Part shown: in pieces, positions 34,901 to 44,500 of the stretch | Layout: the number at the start of each line of letters is the position of its first letter | How positions within the stretch are numbered: the first letter of the stretch is position 1 | Source of the DNA: Parcubacteria group bacterium GW2011_GWC1_45_14 | Lineage (GTDB): Bacteria > Patescibacteriota > Minisyncoccia > Moranbacterales > GWC2-37-73 | Length of the DNA stretch: 64,000 nt | Reading direction: 5' to 3' | NCBI GenBank assembly: GCA_001001345.1 | Contig: LCKI01000003.1 | Coordinates: forward strand, 4,614 to 68,613 | Program-made: the position numbers and the translations under genes | The notes under the pieces: model-generated | Seen by the model: only the letters and a program-made list of their open reading frames with translations | What the model was told of the DNA's origin: nothing | Database searches by the model: none

Positions 34901-35601
34901 TAATAAAAGGAATTAATGGTGACATTCTTAATCTTGATGCCTTTTTTATAAGAGGCATAAATTCCGGATCCCGTGCCGGTTCCCGTGATGGAGTGGCCAT
35001 TACCATCCAATGTTATATTATCGCTGTTTATCTGGATAGACTCGTTCACGTCTTGCGTCAAGGCGCAGGTTTTGCTGGCCACATCCCAGCTACCGATAGA
35101 TCCACAATCCCCTCCGGTAGCGTCATTTTTTATGAATTTCGTGCTCTTTCTCGGCTGGATGAAAATCACATGCCTTTCGCCTATGTCTTGGACGAAAGAA
35201 AACGAGCCTTCCGCGTCGGTGGCGAATGGCTCGTGATTTTGATAACCGTCCTGGTATTTGTGATACGTCGTTTTGGGACTGAGTCCGGAAAGGACCATTT
35301 GGGAAGACTCGGCGGCGCCTGAAGATTCCACTTCCAAAACCACCATCTCCGGCGCGGATTCCATCCTGACCGCCACCTCCTCGGCACTTTCCAATTTTAT
35401 GTTCAAATACTCGCTGTCCGTGATCTCGAAACGCGTCCCGGTTCCGGAAAAGGTCCCGGGCATATGCGGAAATTCCTCGGCGGTTTGGGCGAAAGAAACC
35501 GGCGCGGCGAAAAGCAAAAATGACGCTACTGACAAAAAGAAAGTAGATTTTTTTACGGCTTCGCGCATCGCTTTTTTAAAATCGTTATTCTTATTCTCCA
35601 T
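31915..35601 (-). CDS. Large secreted protein with a signal peptide, right-handed beta-helix repeats and an alpha/beta-hydrolase (GHSxG lipase/PGAP1-like) domain
   Basis: N-terminal 'KKSTFFLSVASFLLFAAPVSFAQTAEE'. Repeated 'NNxIxGG/NNxI' beta-helix-like units. 'VSLVGHSNGGLLAKVV' nucleophile elbow. Confidence 0.6.
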   Translation of the reverse strand: MENKNNDFKKAMREAVKKSTFFLSVASFLLFAAPVSFAQTAEEFPHMPGTFSGTGTRFEITDSEYLNIKLESAEEVAVRMESAPEMVVLEVESSGAAESSQMVLSGLSPKTTYHKYQDGYQNHEPFATDAEGSFSFVQDIGERHVIFIQPRKSTKFIKNDATGGDCGSIGSWDVASKTCALTQDVNESIQINSDNITLDGNGHSITGTGTGSGIYASYKKGIKIKNVTINSFYYGIYFSSSSSYNEVSFVNLKNNRNGVYFQYSGNNIVTDSAIIQSIDSGIKLNYAMRNILSNNTISGGNKYGVSQAWQNYNGSTTGNTYENNDISGNGEAGIYIYGGRGDILDNNKIDGNLSDGMRIVEGYYEKLHGNAMSGNKPYNFLMQGGGNIDTNDIDTSNKVEEKSIYFIKNIEGVTYDGLADAGIIYCVNCADVTFRNLTLSENNAQIRFLNTKGSLLENITSPDKNITIDFSGSDNNIIRKNTLERAYLSSSNNNLFYNNNFMGTSISIFQANFSNGISFNLDLPIGGNYWKKNEAKCVDSNNDKICDNPYGSGKIIDYYPWAQEFKHEDAVGSACQENCHSSVLFLPGHQASRLYREGVIGTEDQLWEPNRNQDVRQLFMDPESGESVDPGIYTRDAIDEAFGFADNVYKKFMLSMDEFVESGAIKEWRAFPYDWRMPLEEIVDEGTRLEDGSTANVLEQIREMAKSSKSGKVSLVGHSNGGLLAKVVIDRLEKSGEAGLVDRLIMVGTPQIGTPKAMAGLLHGDGINLLKGLLLDKETARGLGENMASAYNLLPSKKYFEIVQSPVIEFDYDVRDIYDFRSIYGESISGFGSFKSFLLGDNGERTEPEEDDTDSPNVLKNTFLSRSIETHNNLDSWRAPEHMEVIQIAGWGLDTVRGISYDDCDILFCPDNLSNLDRKLILTEDGDETVVVPSAAAMEGEERYYLNLKLYNNPLDLKFRISRNHADILEATPLQDFIKNIIQNKKEQVTYISTEKPKVEKEYKRLRYRLHSPVKIDIIDENGNHIGIIENNDQDSDIRRYEQEVPNSYYMEFGETKYAGAEGRIAQDVILKGEDLGTFTFEIDEVFGTGETKNTTFENIPVMEGMIAEIAISDSVGEMEIDINGDGEKDFIIRPGEEASKETSLEILEKMIGFLDIHQTVKDRLIDKIGNARKQLEKGHNIATNAMLANVKQQIETFSRENAPEKFRIPKEEAEKLIVIIERIQLID

Positions 35602-35835
35602 GACAAAAAATCATCAGCCCCAAGAATCTATCTATATTCCGATTTTACCACGCCAGCAACACTTCGCATAGCATTACTAAGCGAGCCTGAGGGAATCAAG
35701 TAACCAGTTCGTCAAGAAACACCGAATTTAAGCCGAGATACACATTATCGATTATGAATTATCAGTTATCAAAAATGCCCTGATTTAAGCCGAAACCAAC
35801 GGCTCAGGCGGGCTGAGCCGTTGAAACTACCCTTT

Positions 35836-36816
35836 TCAACCCTTTGTCGACAACAGCGTCGTGACGAGCGCTGTCATTTGGTCTTTTTTCTTCGGATCGC
35901 TCTCGGCGATAAGCAAGGTCAGAACAGTCAGAGCGGCGGGGTTGATTATTCTCGCTCCCTTCGTGCGGGTTTTGCGCAAAAACCACACGAAAGCGAACGC
36001 TCCGGAACGCTTGTTGCCGTCGACGAACGGATGGTTTTTCACCATGAAATATAGGAGGTGCGCCGCTTTCTCTTCGACCGTGGCATAGACCGGCTTGCCG
36101 CCGAAAGACTGCATCACGTTTCCGACGATTCCTTCCACGCTTCCGCCTTTTCTCTCCTGCGCGAAAATATCCGTCGCCTCGCCTTTTCTCATCAATTCCC
36201 CACGAAGACTCGCGATCGCTTCTGAAAGTTCGGTCCCGGTCAGTTTCACCGCCCTCTTGGTCGTTCCGATGGGCCTCAGCTCTTCCTTGTCATAGGCGTC
36301 CAGCGAAACCCAAGTGCCGGCGAATTCCTTGATCAAGTCCAGCACCATTTTCGGATCCAAGGTCACGTGCTCCGGCAAAAGCGCTTGGATGTCCGCGACC
36401 GCCTTCATGAAAGAGTCATAATTCTTGCCGATCCGTTGGCGGTTGATGGTGTAGCCTTTCGTGATATGCTCGCGCAAAGTCCTTGTCGCCCATCTTCGAA
36501 ATTCCGTAGCTGTTTTCGAATTGACCCTATACCCGACTGAAATAATGGCATCTAAATTGTAATATTCTACCTGATAAACCTTGCCGTCAGCGGCAGTTGT
36601 TGCATTTTTTGCAACAACTGCTTTTCTCTGCAGCTCACCTTCTTTAAAAATATTCCTTAAATGGCGGGATATTACCGATTTATCGCGCCCAAAAACGTCA
36701 GCAATCTGATCCAAAGATGCCCAAATAGTCTCATGTTGAAAATCTCCCTTGAGCTCGATCGCCCCGTTTTCGGCTTGGTAAATCACCATATTATTTTGCA
36801 ACTTTTTCTTTTTCAT
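35836..36816 (-). CDS. RhuM-family N-terminal domain fused to a Doc-type Fic domain
   Basis: N-terminus 'ETIWASLDQIADVFGRDKSVISRHLRNIFKEGEL' is RhuM-like. C-terminus 'HPFVDGNKRSG' is a Doc/Fic motif. Confidence 0.75.
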   Translation of the reverse strand: MKKKKLQNNMVIYQAENGAIELKGDFQHETIWASLDQIADVFGRDKSVISRHLRNIFKEGELQRKAVVAKNATTAADGKVYQVEYYNLDAIISVGYRVNSKTATEFRRWATRTLREHITKGYTINRQRIGKNYDSFMKAVADIQALLPEHVTLDPKMVLDLIKEFAGTWVSLDAYDKEELRPIGTTKRAVKLTGTELSEAIASLRGELMRKGEATDIFAQERKGGSVEGIVGNVMQSFGGKPVYATVEEKAAHLLYFMVKNHPFVDGNKRSGAFAFVWFLRKTRTKGARIINPAALTVLTLLIAESDPKKKDQMTALVTTLLSTKG

Positions 36817-36925
36817 TTTTTTTGGTTTTGATAATGGTTATAGTGATATAGTATCACTCATTATCCTTCCTTGCAAATCGCTTTGTTTCCTATCCTTTAA
36901 CTAAGCTGTTATTGAGCCGACAAAA

Positions 36926-36950
36926 AAGGCTGGTTGCCCAGCCTTCCCGT
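36926..36950 (-). terminator. Terminator of the RDD-family gene
   Basis: aggctgg-gcaa-ccagcct hairpin plus a T-run on the minus strand. Confidence 0.5.
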
Positions 36951-36992
36951 TATTTCACCTTCGCATACGCATGGCGGTCGAGATATTTCCCG

Positions 36993-37517
36993 TCATTTTT
37001 TCCGGTAAATAACCACGGAATCTCCGATGAAGTCATGAAGCGCCTGCTTCCTTTTCGTGAAAGCCGCGATCAAGTAGCCGATATTGAAAGTCACGGAAGA
37101 AACTATCTTCCCCACGACTTCGCGCATGAGGACCTTTTTGAAAGTGAGTTTCTCGAAATTTTCCGAAACGACCATGAGACCGAAAAGTCTCTTTCCGAGC
37201 GTGTCCTGATATTTGTCCGTCATGAACGCGAAATAGATGAATGAAACGAATGGTATAAGGATCCAACCGACTATAGGGATAAGGACCAAGGAAAAAATGG
37301 CGACCGAAAGTATCAGTCCGTCAATCATGGAAGCGACAAACCTGATCCAAAAGCCGGCATATTTAATTTCCGCCGTCGTCGCCTGCGCTCCTGCTTGGGG
37401 TTGGATAGGAGCTTCGCTCACTGACTGACCCGCGGAAGCGTCGAATTTTTGGGAACCGCATTTATGGCAGAAAGTTCCGCCCTCGGCGATCTGTTCACCG
37501 CAATTGTGACAATACAT
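36993..37517 (-). CDS. RDD-family membrane protein with an N-terminal zinc ribbon
   Basis: 'MYCHNCGEQIAEGGTFCHKCG' zinc ribbon followed by RDD-like TM segments. Confidence 0.6.
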   Translation of the reverse strand: MYCHNCGEQIAEGGTFCHKCGSQKFDASAGQSVSEAPIQPQAGAQATTAEIKYAGFWIRFVASMIDGLILSVAIFSLVLIPIVGWILIPFVSFIYFAFMTDKYQDTLGKRLFGLMVVSENFEKLTFKKVLMREVVGKIVSSVTFNIGYLIAAFTKRKQALHDFIGDSVVIYRKK

Positions 37518-37747
37518 TTTTTTATTGGCTTAAAAATTATTAATCGAAATTTGAAGGGTTCCCATGCTTGTGCTTCCATTTTACCCCCTTTTGAAAAGCT
37601 GGTCTAGCTTCTCAGGCTTTAGCTTTTTAGGGGGGGATAGAAATAGTGTCATCAGTTATCGGTTATCAAAATGCCATATCCAAGCCGAAACCAACGGCTT
37701 TTACGCTCTGAGCCGTTGAATTAGGCTTTTTTGGCTATGCTTTTCCC

Positions 37748-37776
37748 TTGACTTTTCCGCTTTAAAATGCTATGCT
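37748..37776 (+). promoter_or_regulatory. Sigma-70-like promoter: TTGACT, 17 nt spacer, TATGCT
   Basis: Consensus-like -35/-10 with a 17-nt spacer. The RBS aaaggagg lies 7 nt before ATG 37819. Confidence 0.55.
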
Positions 37777-37818
37777 TTCCGGAAGTTAACTTGAAAAACT
37801 AACCCAAAGGAGGATGCG

Positions 37819-38307
37819 ATGCCACTGTTCATTTGCAGTACCCATTGCGAAAGCTGTGAGGAAACGGCTACCTGCCCGATGAAAGGACAAGTAGCGACGC
37901 AGACGGCGGAAAAAATCGGGGATCTGCCGGATCCGATCAAGAAGATCATGCTCGCAAAAATCGAAAAGTTGGCCCCCGCGGATTTTTTGGAGTCGACTGA
38001 AATCAGCGTTTTCAATTTTCTCAGCTTGATCAAGTTTCTGCAAAACGACGGCATCGACCTCACCGTCAGCGACATCGCTTTCCGGCTCGAGGATGCCATC
38101 AGCAAAAAGCGTCCAGACATCAAGGATAACGATCTTGCCTTCAAAGAAAAGATACAAGCCATGATCCTGACGGTCGCCCAACGGATTTTCGAATCAGTCA
38201 GCGGAAACTGCCAGCGAGACTGCCGCTCCTGCTATCTCGCCGAGGAGTGCAAACTCCTAAAGGACTTAGTCTCGGTATCCGACAGCGCAAAAAACGGACG
38301 TCCCTGA
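37819..38307 (+). CDS. Cys-rich hypothetical protein
   Basis: N-terminal 'CSTHCESCEETATCP' and C-terminal 'CQRDCRSCYLAEEC' cysteine clusters. Confidence 0.4.
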   Translation: MPLFICSTHCESCEETATCPMKGQVATQTAEKIGDLPDPIKKIMLAKIEKLAPADFLESTEISVFNFLSLIKFLQNDGIDLTVSDIAFRLEDAISKKRPDIKDNDLAFKEKIQAMILTVAQRIFESVSGNCQRDCRSCYLAEECKLLKDLVSVSDSAKNGRP

Positions 38308-38336
38308 CATTCCAACGAGAAAGAAAGGTGAAAAAA

Positions 38337-38633
38337 ATGGAATATTTCTTTTCATTCCTTCTTGTTCCGACCAATTGCGTGCTCGGAGTCAATATTTTCC
38401 AGCACACCATAAAGACGGTCGGAAACGAGTGGCGCGACAAATTACCCTTCACGGTCTATTCTTCGCTCATGTTACTGGTCGCCCTCGCATGCATGATGCT
38501 TGTGATCGCCTGCTTGTTCAAGGATGAACATTTGCCGGAAGCCTTTAGGATAAACATCCTCATCCTTATCCACCTTGGACTGATACTGTTGTATTGGAAA
38601 AAGCGATACCCATTGCCTACAAAAGGGCAATAA
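38337..38633 (+). CDS. Small membrane protein, reading from the internal Met of ORF 38247..38633
   Basis: Three hydrophobic segments, co-directional with 37819..38307. Confidence 0.4.
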   Translation: MEYFFSFLLVPTNCVLGVNIFQHTIKTVGNEWRDKLPFTVYSSLMLLVALACMMLVIACLFKDEHLPEAFRINILILIHLGLILLYWKKRYPLPTKGQ

Positions 38634-38641
38634 AACCACCA

Positions 38642-38690
38642 CCCCCTCCCAGGATTTTCTTGGGAGGGGTTTTATTTTATTTTTTACCAA
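38642..38690 (+). terminator. Rho-independent terminator
   Basis: ccctcccagg-attttc-ttgggagggg hairpin plus a T-run. Confidence 0.65.
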
Positions 38691-38741
38691 AGAAAAAAGG
38701 CCTTCCGTTCGGAAGGCCCTGTTTGCCAAAATTGGCGGATG

Positions 38742-39260
38742 CTACTTTGAGAATTTCCCGCTTTCGAAATCATCGGCGATATTTTTGAGAAAATCCAATC
38801 TTCTCTTGAGTTCGGGAATATTTTTTTGACTGAATTCCCTTATTTTTTTCCTGCCTTTGAACGGGTCGGTTTTTTGAAGCTCGTTCAAGCTTCCGATCAA
38901 ATCCGCCTGCGTTTGCGCAAAGGATATGTGGGTCTCGATCACGCGCTGGACCCCGAGCCTATCGAAAGCTTCCCTTGATGACTCTTCCTTCATGACCAAA
39001 CATAGCCGTTCAAGCTGGAAACTGATTTCTTCCAAGACGTCTTCCACTCTGTTGATCTCTTGGTGGCCTTTTAGGGACACATAATGTTTTCTAAAGCTTT
39101 GCCACTGGGTTTGCGCACATGCGGCCATGATGCACCCCAGGATGATCAAAATTGAGCCTACCATATTCGTCCTCCTTCCGAGGTTTCGGGTTTCAGGTTT
39201 TAATAAATCAAATAACTGAAAAACCATCATACACCCGTCCTTCAAAATTATCAACTCCAA
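38742..39260 (-). CDS. Hypothetical protein; the real start may be an internal Met
   Basis: ORF with one TM-like segment. Confidence 0.3.
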   Translation of the reverse strand: MELIILKDGCMMVFQLFDLLKPETRNLGRRTNMVGSILIILGCIMAACAQTQWQSFRKHYVSLKGHQEINRVEDVLEEISFQLERLCLVMKEESSREAFDRLGVQRVIETHISFAQTQADLIGSLNELQKTDPFKGRKKIREFSQKNIPELKRRLDFLKNIADDFESGKFSK

Positions 39261-39352
39261 TCCAACGGCTTAGGCCGAAAAGTCGTTGAAAAAAGCCGGG
39301 GGTGCGAATCGCACTCCCGGCTGATAGGTTTCCGGATGTTCCGGTCATGTTC

Positions 39353-40063
39353 TCATATGCTGCTGATGTACCCTTCCCGATATTTCACCAGCATGTCTTC
39401 ATATTCGTCGAGCGAATCGACGATAAACTGCTCGATGGCGGAGAACGGAAGGGTCTTCGTTTCAAGATGATGGTCCGTCTGATAGGGCGAATCGCGGACG
39501 GTCCCGTCGACCAGGAATTCGGCCGTGAATTTTTTGGCGCCCGGATCCACGCTGATGATCTTACCGGATATCGCATGATAAAATCCCCTGGATACCCGCA
39601 CCCACTCGCCGATCTTCGGACGGAAGATCGCACCGCTCAGCAGTTCTTTGAACTTATTGCCGATGTTGTCAGGAAACTTTCTGGTGAGATCACGGACTTT
39701 TTCGCAAATATCCTTCCGCTCCTGTCCGGAAAATTCCGATTCCTCAAGCTTTTTGCAGGCCAGTTGGAATTTAGACAAAAGCCTGTTAAGAGTTTCCATG
39801 TTGGCGAGCCAATCCCTCTCGCTTTCCAAGTCAAAAGGAAATTCCTTGAAGTTCATCTCCCACAAAGGCCTTCTGGTCTCCTCGATGCAATCGCGCGCCA
39901 ATGCCAAAATCGCCTCCAGCCGGTTTCCGATCTCATGCTTCTTCATCTCGATATCCTCCCTTGGTTGATTTTCAAGTTGCTGCCGATAAGTCCCAATTTT
40001 AGCAACTGCGCGGATTTCGTCAAGAAGCGAGGAGCTGCCACCACACGAAGGAAACCGCACCAT
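39353..40063 (-). CDS. Hypothetical protein with a C-terminal Tudor/KOW-like segment
   Basis: 'IGEWVRVSRGFYHAISGKIISVDPGAKKFTAEFLVDG' resembles small beta-barrel RNAP-interacting domains. This is a weak assignment. Confidence 0.3.
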   Translation of the reverse strand: MVRFPSCGGSSSLLDEIRAVAKIGTYRQQLENQPREDIEMKKHEIGNRLEAILALARDCIEETRRPLWEMNFKEFPFDLESERDWLANMETLNRLLSKFQLACKKLEESEFSGQERKDICEKVRDLTRKFPDNIGNKFKELLSGAIFRPKIGEWVRVSRGFYHAISGKIISVDPGAKKFTAEFLVDGTVRDSPYQTDHHLETKTLPFSAIEQFIVDSLDEYEDMLVKYREGYISSI

Positions 40064-40911
40064 AGCCGAAGTTCAAATCTTCGGACTGAAAGAAAAAGGC
40101 CGGGAAGATTCCCAGCCTCATCGGATCAAACATGAAAAAACATTATGGCCAAACTTGTAAAATGTCCGCGGTTTCCTGCCGTTCTTTTGCCAGACAGCCG
40201 CACGCATCTCCGCAAACGGCGGATCCGCAGCAGCCCTTCCCGCTTTTCCTCGCCTCCGCCACTTCGAACGCATGGCGGACGAAATCGTCATCAACCGAAA
40301 CCAAAACGTTGCCTCCGGCTCCTATCTCTTTCGCGCATTTTTGGCACATAATCTCCTCCTTGTTTTTTCCGCTTAGTCCATATCCCACGCTTGAAACATG
40401 CTGATTATATCCGGATGATGCTTCCAGGACACCAGACAACTTTCAAGATTAGAGACAATTCTCCAGGGAATCAGCAAACAATCGATGATCGTTTCTTTCA
40501 CTATGGCACATTTCTTTTTCGAATCCTCCATGCTCAGAAAGAAAGTCAGCGTCACGCTTGCGAGAATAATAAAAACCAATATATCCATAAACTGTCCTAT
40601 CATGGCCGTCCTCCTTTTTTGAAAAGCAAATTAAACTGCCTAGCAACCTCCCTGATATTGTTCCAAAGCGGATATCTGCGCCCATCGACCCAGTTGGTGA
40701 ACATTCCCCAGGCCAATGCGGCCAAAAGCAATAAAAACAAAATCATGATGTCGTTATTGGGAATACCCATAGCTCTCTCCTTCCCTTTTATTGTTAAAGA
40801 AAATTGAAAACTCCTGTTGCCTCCATATTAACCCCTTTTTACCTACAGTTCAAGCGAGGAATAAGCGCTACCGGCCATCAGTTATCCGTTATCAAAAATA
40901 TGGACCTTTCC

Positions 40912-40940
40912 TTGACTTTTAGGCTGAAATCTGCTATAAT
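40912..40940 (+). promoter_or_regulatory. Sigma-70-like promoter: TTGACT, 17 nt spacer, TATAAT
   Basis: Perfect -10 and near-perfect -35. The RBS gggagg lies before ATG 41034. Confidence 0.55.
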
Positions 40941-41033
40941 AGATTATTGGAACTTAACAACCGCCTAGCGCGTTTTTTGGCTATACATAGCCCGATACCA
41001 ATTACAGGATCGACAACCTAAGGGAGGAAAGAA

Positions 41034-41219
41034 ATGAGAGGACACCTAACAGATGCGGAATTGATGGCCCACCGCTTCAATAAGGATGAGGACGGCAAGC
41101 CGCTACTTTCGGACAGCGAGGTCAACTGGGTGTCCAGCCATCTACTGGACTGCCCGGAATGCCTTGAGCGGAGCGAGGCTCTGGCCGAAGAAAGACTCGC
41201 TTCCAAAACCCCGACCTGA
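41034..41219 (+). CDS. Small protein with a zinc-binding anti-sigma (ZAS, HxxxCxxC) motif
   Basis: 'SSHLLDCPEC'. Confidence 0.35.
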   Translation: MRGHLTDAELMAHRFNKDEDGKPLLSDSEVNWVSSHLLDCPECLERSEALAEERLASKTPT

Positions 41220-41313
41220 GAACGCCAGGCCGACAGAAAAAGAAAAGCCTCTCGGACTTCCGCGGGGCTTTTTTCTTTGGAAAAAACTTGAGAAAAAAAT
41301 ATCACGCAAAACA

Positions 41314-41346
41314 AAAAACGCCCCGCATATCGCGGAGCGTTTTTTA
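41314..41346. terminator. Bidirectional terminator hairpin, downstream of rpoC on the minus strand
   Basis: aacgccccgc-atat-cgcggagcgtt flanked by A/T runs on both strands. Confidence 0.5.
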
Positions 41347-41517
41347 AAGTTGTTTCCCCTAACCCATTAGTCATTAAAGCAATGAAGCATGAAAACATAA
41401 AAGCGGTAATGCCATGGGATTTTTTAAAACGATGCTTTTCTCAATAACAATAAACCTATCTCCTGACACCTAAAACCTAACGACTGAAAACTAGAAACTA
41501 AAAACTAAAAACTGTTC

Positions 41518-44500
41518 CTATTTTCCGATTTCGCGGTAACCCGTTCCCGCAGGAATGAGCCGTCCGATAATCACGTTCTCCTTAAGTCCCCTGAGCTTGT
41601 CGTCTTTTCCGGTAACCGCGGCGTTGATCAGAACGCGGGCGGTCTCTTGGAAGGACGCGGCTGAAAGGAAGGATTCGGTCGAAAGGGCGACCTTGGTGAT
41701 TCCCATGATCAATTCCTCTCCTGCAGCCGACTCGCCTTTCTGAGCAAGAGCTTCCACGTTGGATTCGTTGAACTGGTCCTTCTCAACGATGTCTCCCGGG
41801 ATAAGGTCGGTGTCTCCGGCTTCGATAATCTTGATCCTTGAGAACATCTGGCGGATGATCACTTCGATATGCTTGTCATTGATTCCCTCTCCCTGCGCAG
41901 CATAGATCTCCTGGATTTCCTTGACGATATATCTTTGGACTTCCTGCCTTCCCATCGTTTCATAGAGCTTCTTGAGATCGATATGTCCTTCGTTGAACTG
42001 GGTTCCCTTGCCGATGAGCTGACCTTTCTCGACGGTCAAAGAGGTTTCGGCCGGCACTTGGAATTCCTTGATTTCGGAATTCTTGCCCTGCGTCTCGACT
42101 TTGATCGTGATGGTCTTCTTGTTCTCGTCGATAATTTCGAGAATCTTGCCGTCTACGTCCGAGATGACCGATTCACCTTTCGGAGGCCTGTTTTCGAAAA
42201 TTTCCTCGACACGCGGGAGACCCTGGGTGATGTCCGATCCCGCGACACCTCCGATATGGAAGGTACGCATCGTCAGCTGTGTTCCCGGCTCACCGATCGC
42301 CTGGGCGGCGACGATTCCCACTGCCTGTCCGGTCTGAACGATCTCCGATCTTCCGAGGTCCACGCCGTAGCATTTCTTGCAGATTCCTCTTTTGGTCTTG
42401 CAAGTAACGACGCTTCGGATCTTGAGCTGAGGTATGTTGGCTTCTTCGATTTTCTTGGCATCGGCCTTTTCAACCAAGGCGTTCTTCTTGATGATGACTT
42501 CTCCTGTCTTCGGATCAACCACGTTCTCGGCGACATATCTTCCTTCGATCCTCGGAGCGAACGATAGTCCGATCCTGTCGGAATCAGCCTTGTATAGGTA
42601 TGCTCCTTCTTTGTCTCCACAATCATCCTCGCGCACGATGATGTCCTGGGAAACGTCAACCAAACGCCTAGTGAGGTATCCGGCAGTCGCCGTTCGAAGG
42701 GCGGTGTCGGCCATACCTTTTCGGGCTCCATGGGTAGAAATGAAGTATTCCAACACGTTGAATCCTTCCTTGAAAGAGCTTTTGACAGGGAGCTCGATGG
42801 TTTCTCCGGTAGGACCGGCCACCAAACCTTTCATACCCATCATCTGCACCACTACGGATTCGGATCCCCTAGCTTTGGAGTGGACCATGGTATACACCGG
42901 TCCTTCCTTGTCCAAGGATTTCTTCACCGCGTCGGCGATGATGTTCTTAGCTCTGTTCCAAACTTCGATGACCCTGTTTTTCCTTTCCTCATTAGTGAGG
43001 AGTCCCATATTGTATTGGTCATTGATCAGTTCGACGTCCTTCTCGGCTTTCTCAATAGCTTCTTTCTTCTCGGCAGGAACTTTGAGGTCGTCCATTCCCC
43101 AACTGATTCCGGATTTCTTGGCGAAATCGAAACCGAGTTTTTTGATCCTATCGATGAATTTGGCTGTTTCCTCCTGTCCTTTGAGGGCGAGCATCTTGGC
43201 AACCAGGACCTTGATGTCCTTGGCGGTCAATTCTTCGTTTAGGTATCTGAGTTCTTCCGGCAAAATGTCGTTCAGGATGATCCTTCCGGCTGAGGTCTCG
43301 ATCACCGATCCTTCGTAATCCAATTTGATCTTGGCATTGATGGCGATGACGTCGTTCTGGTAAGCCAGAATGGCCTCGTTCATAGAAGCGAATATTTTCC
43401 CTTCGCCTTTGACTCCGTCCTTGGTATGGGTGATGTAATAGACTCCCAACACGATATCCTTGGAAGGAACCGCGATAGGCTCTCCGGAAGCAGGCTTGAG
43501 AAGGTTCTTGGATGAAAGCATCAAGTTCTTGCTTTCTTCACGGGCCTTGTCAGTCAGCGGAACATGCACGGCCATTTGGTCTCCATCGAAGTCGGCATTG
43601 AAAGCGGCGCAGACCATCGGGTGGACCTGGATAGCTTTTCCTTCGATAAGTACTGGCTGGAAAGCCTGGATCGAAAGCCTGTGAAGCGTCGGTGCGCGGT
43701 TAAGCAGCACGTAGTGATGTTCGATTATCTGGTCGAGGATTTCATAGGCTTCTTCCGCTTCGGCGTCCACCATCCTTCCGGCGGTCCTCACGTTGTGTGC
43801 GTATTCTTTCTCGATCAGCTTATTGATGATGAACGGCTTGAAAAGCTCCAACGCCATTTTCTTCGGAAGTCCGGCCTGGTGCAGCTTAAGCTGCGGTCCG
43901 ACCACGATAACGGATCGCCCTGAATAGTCGACGCGTTTTCCAAGAAGGTTCTGCCTGAATCTTCCCTGTTTTCCTTTGAGGGCGTCAGCAAGAGAACGCA
44001 GGGCTCTTCTTTGTCCTGTCGAAGCGGCTACTGAGGCCTGTCCTTTTCTGGCGCTGTTGTCAAAGAGGGCGTCCACAGCTTCCTGGAGCATCCTTTTTTC
44101 GTTTCTGGTGATGACTTCAGGAGCTCCGAGGTCGATGAGTTTTTTCAAACGGTTGTTCCTGTTGATGATCCTTCGGTAAAGGTCGTTCAAATCGGAAGTC
44201 GCGAAGCGTCCTCCGTCCAAAGCTACCATCGGGCGAAGATCCGGCGGGATGACAGGGATAGCTGTCGGAAGCATCCATTCGAGATGGAGTCCTGATTTCT
44301 TGAATCCCTGGTAAAGCTTCATCCTTTTGAGAACCTTCTTCTTGTCGACGATATCCTCGTTGTCGATCTCCTTCTTGAGTTCGACGATCGTCTTGTCGAC
44401 GTCAGTCTTTTCCAAAATGGACCTGACCGCTTCGGCTCCGATTCCGGCGGTGAAAACCTGTCCGAATCTCATGGAAAGATTGAAGTATTCCAATTCGGAA

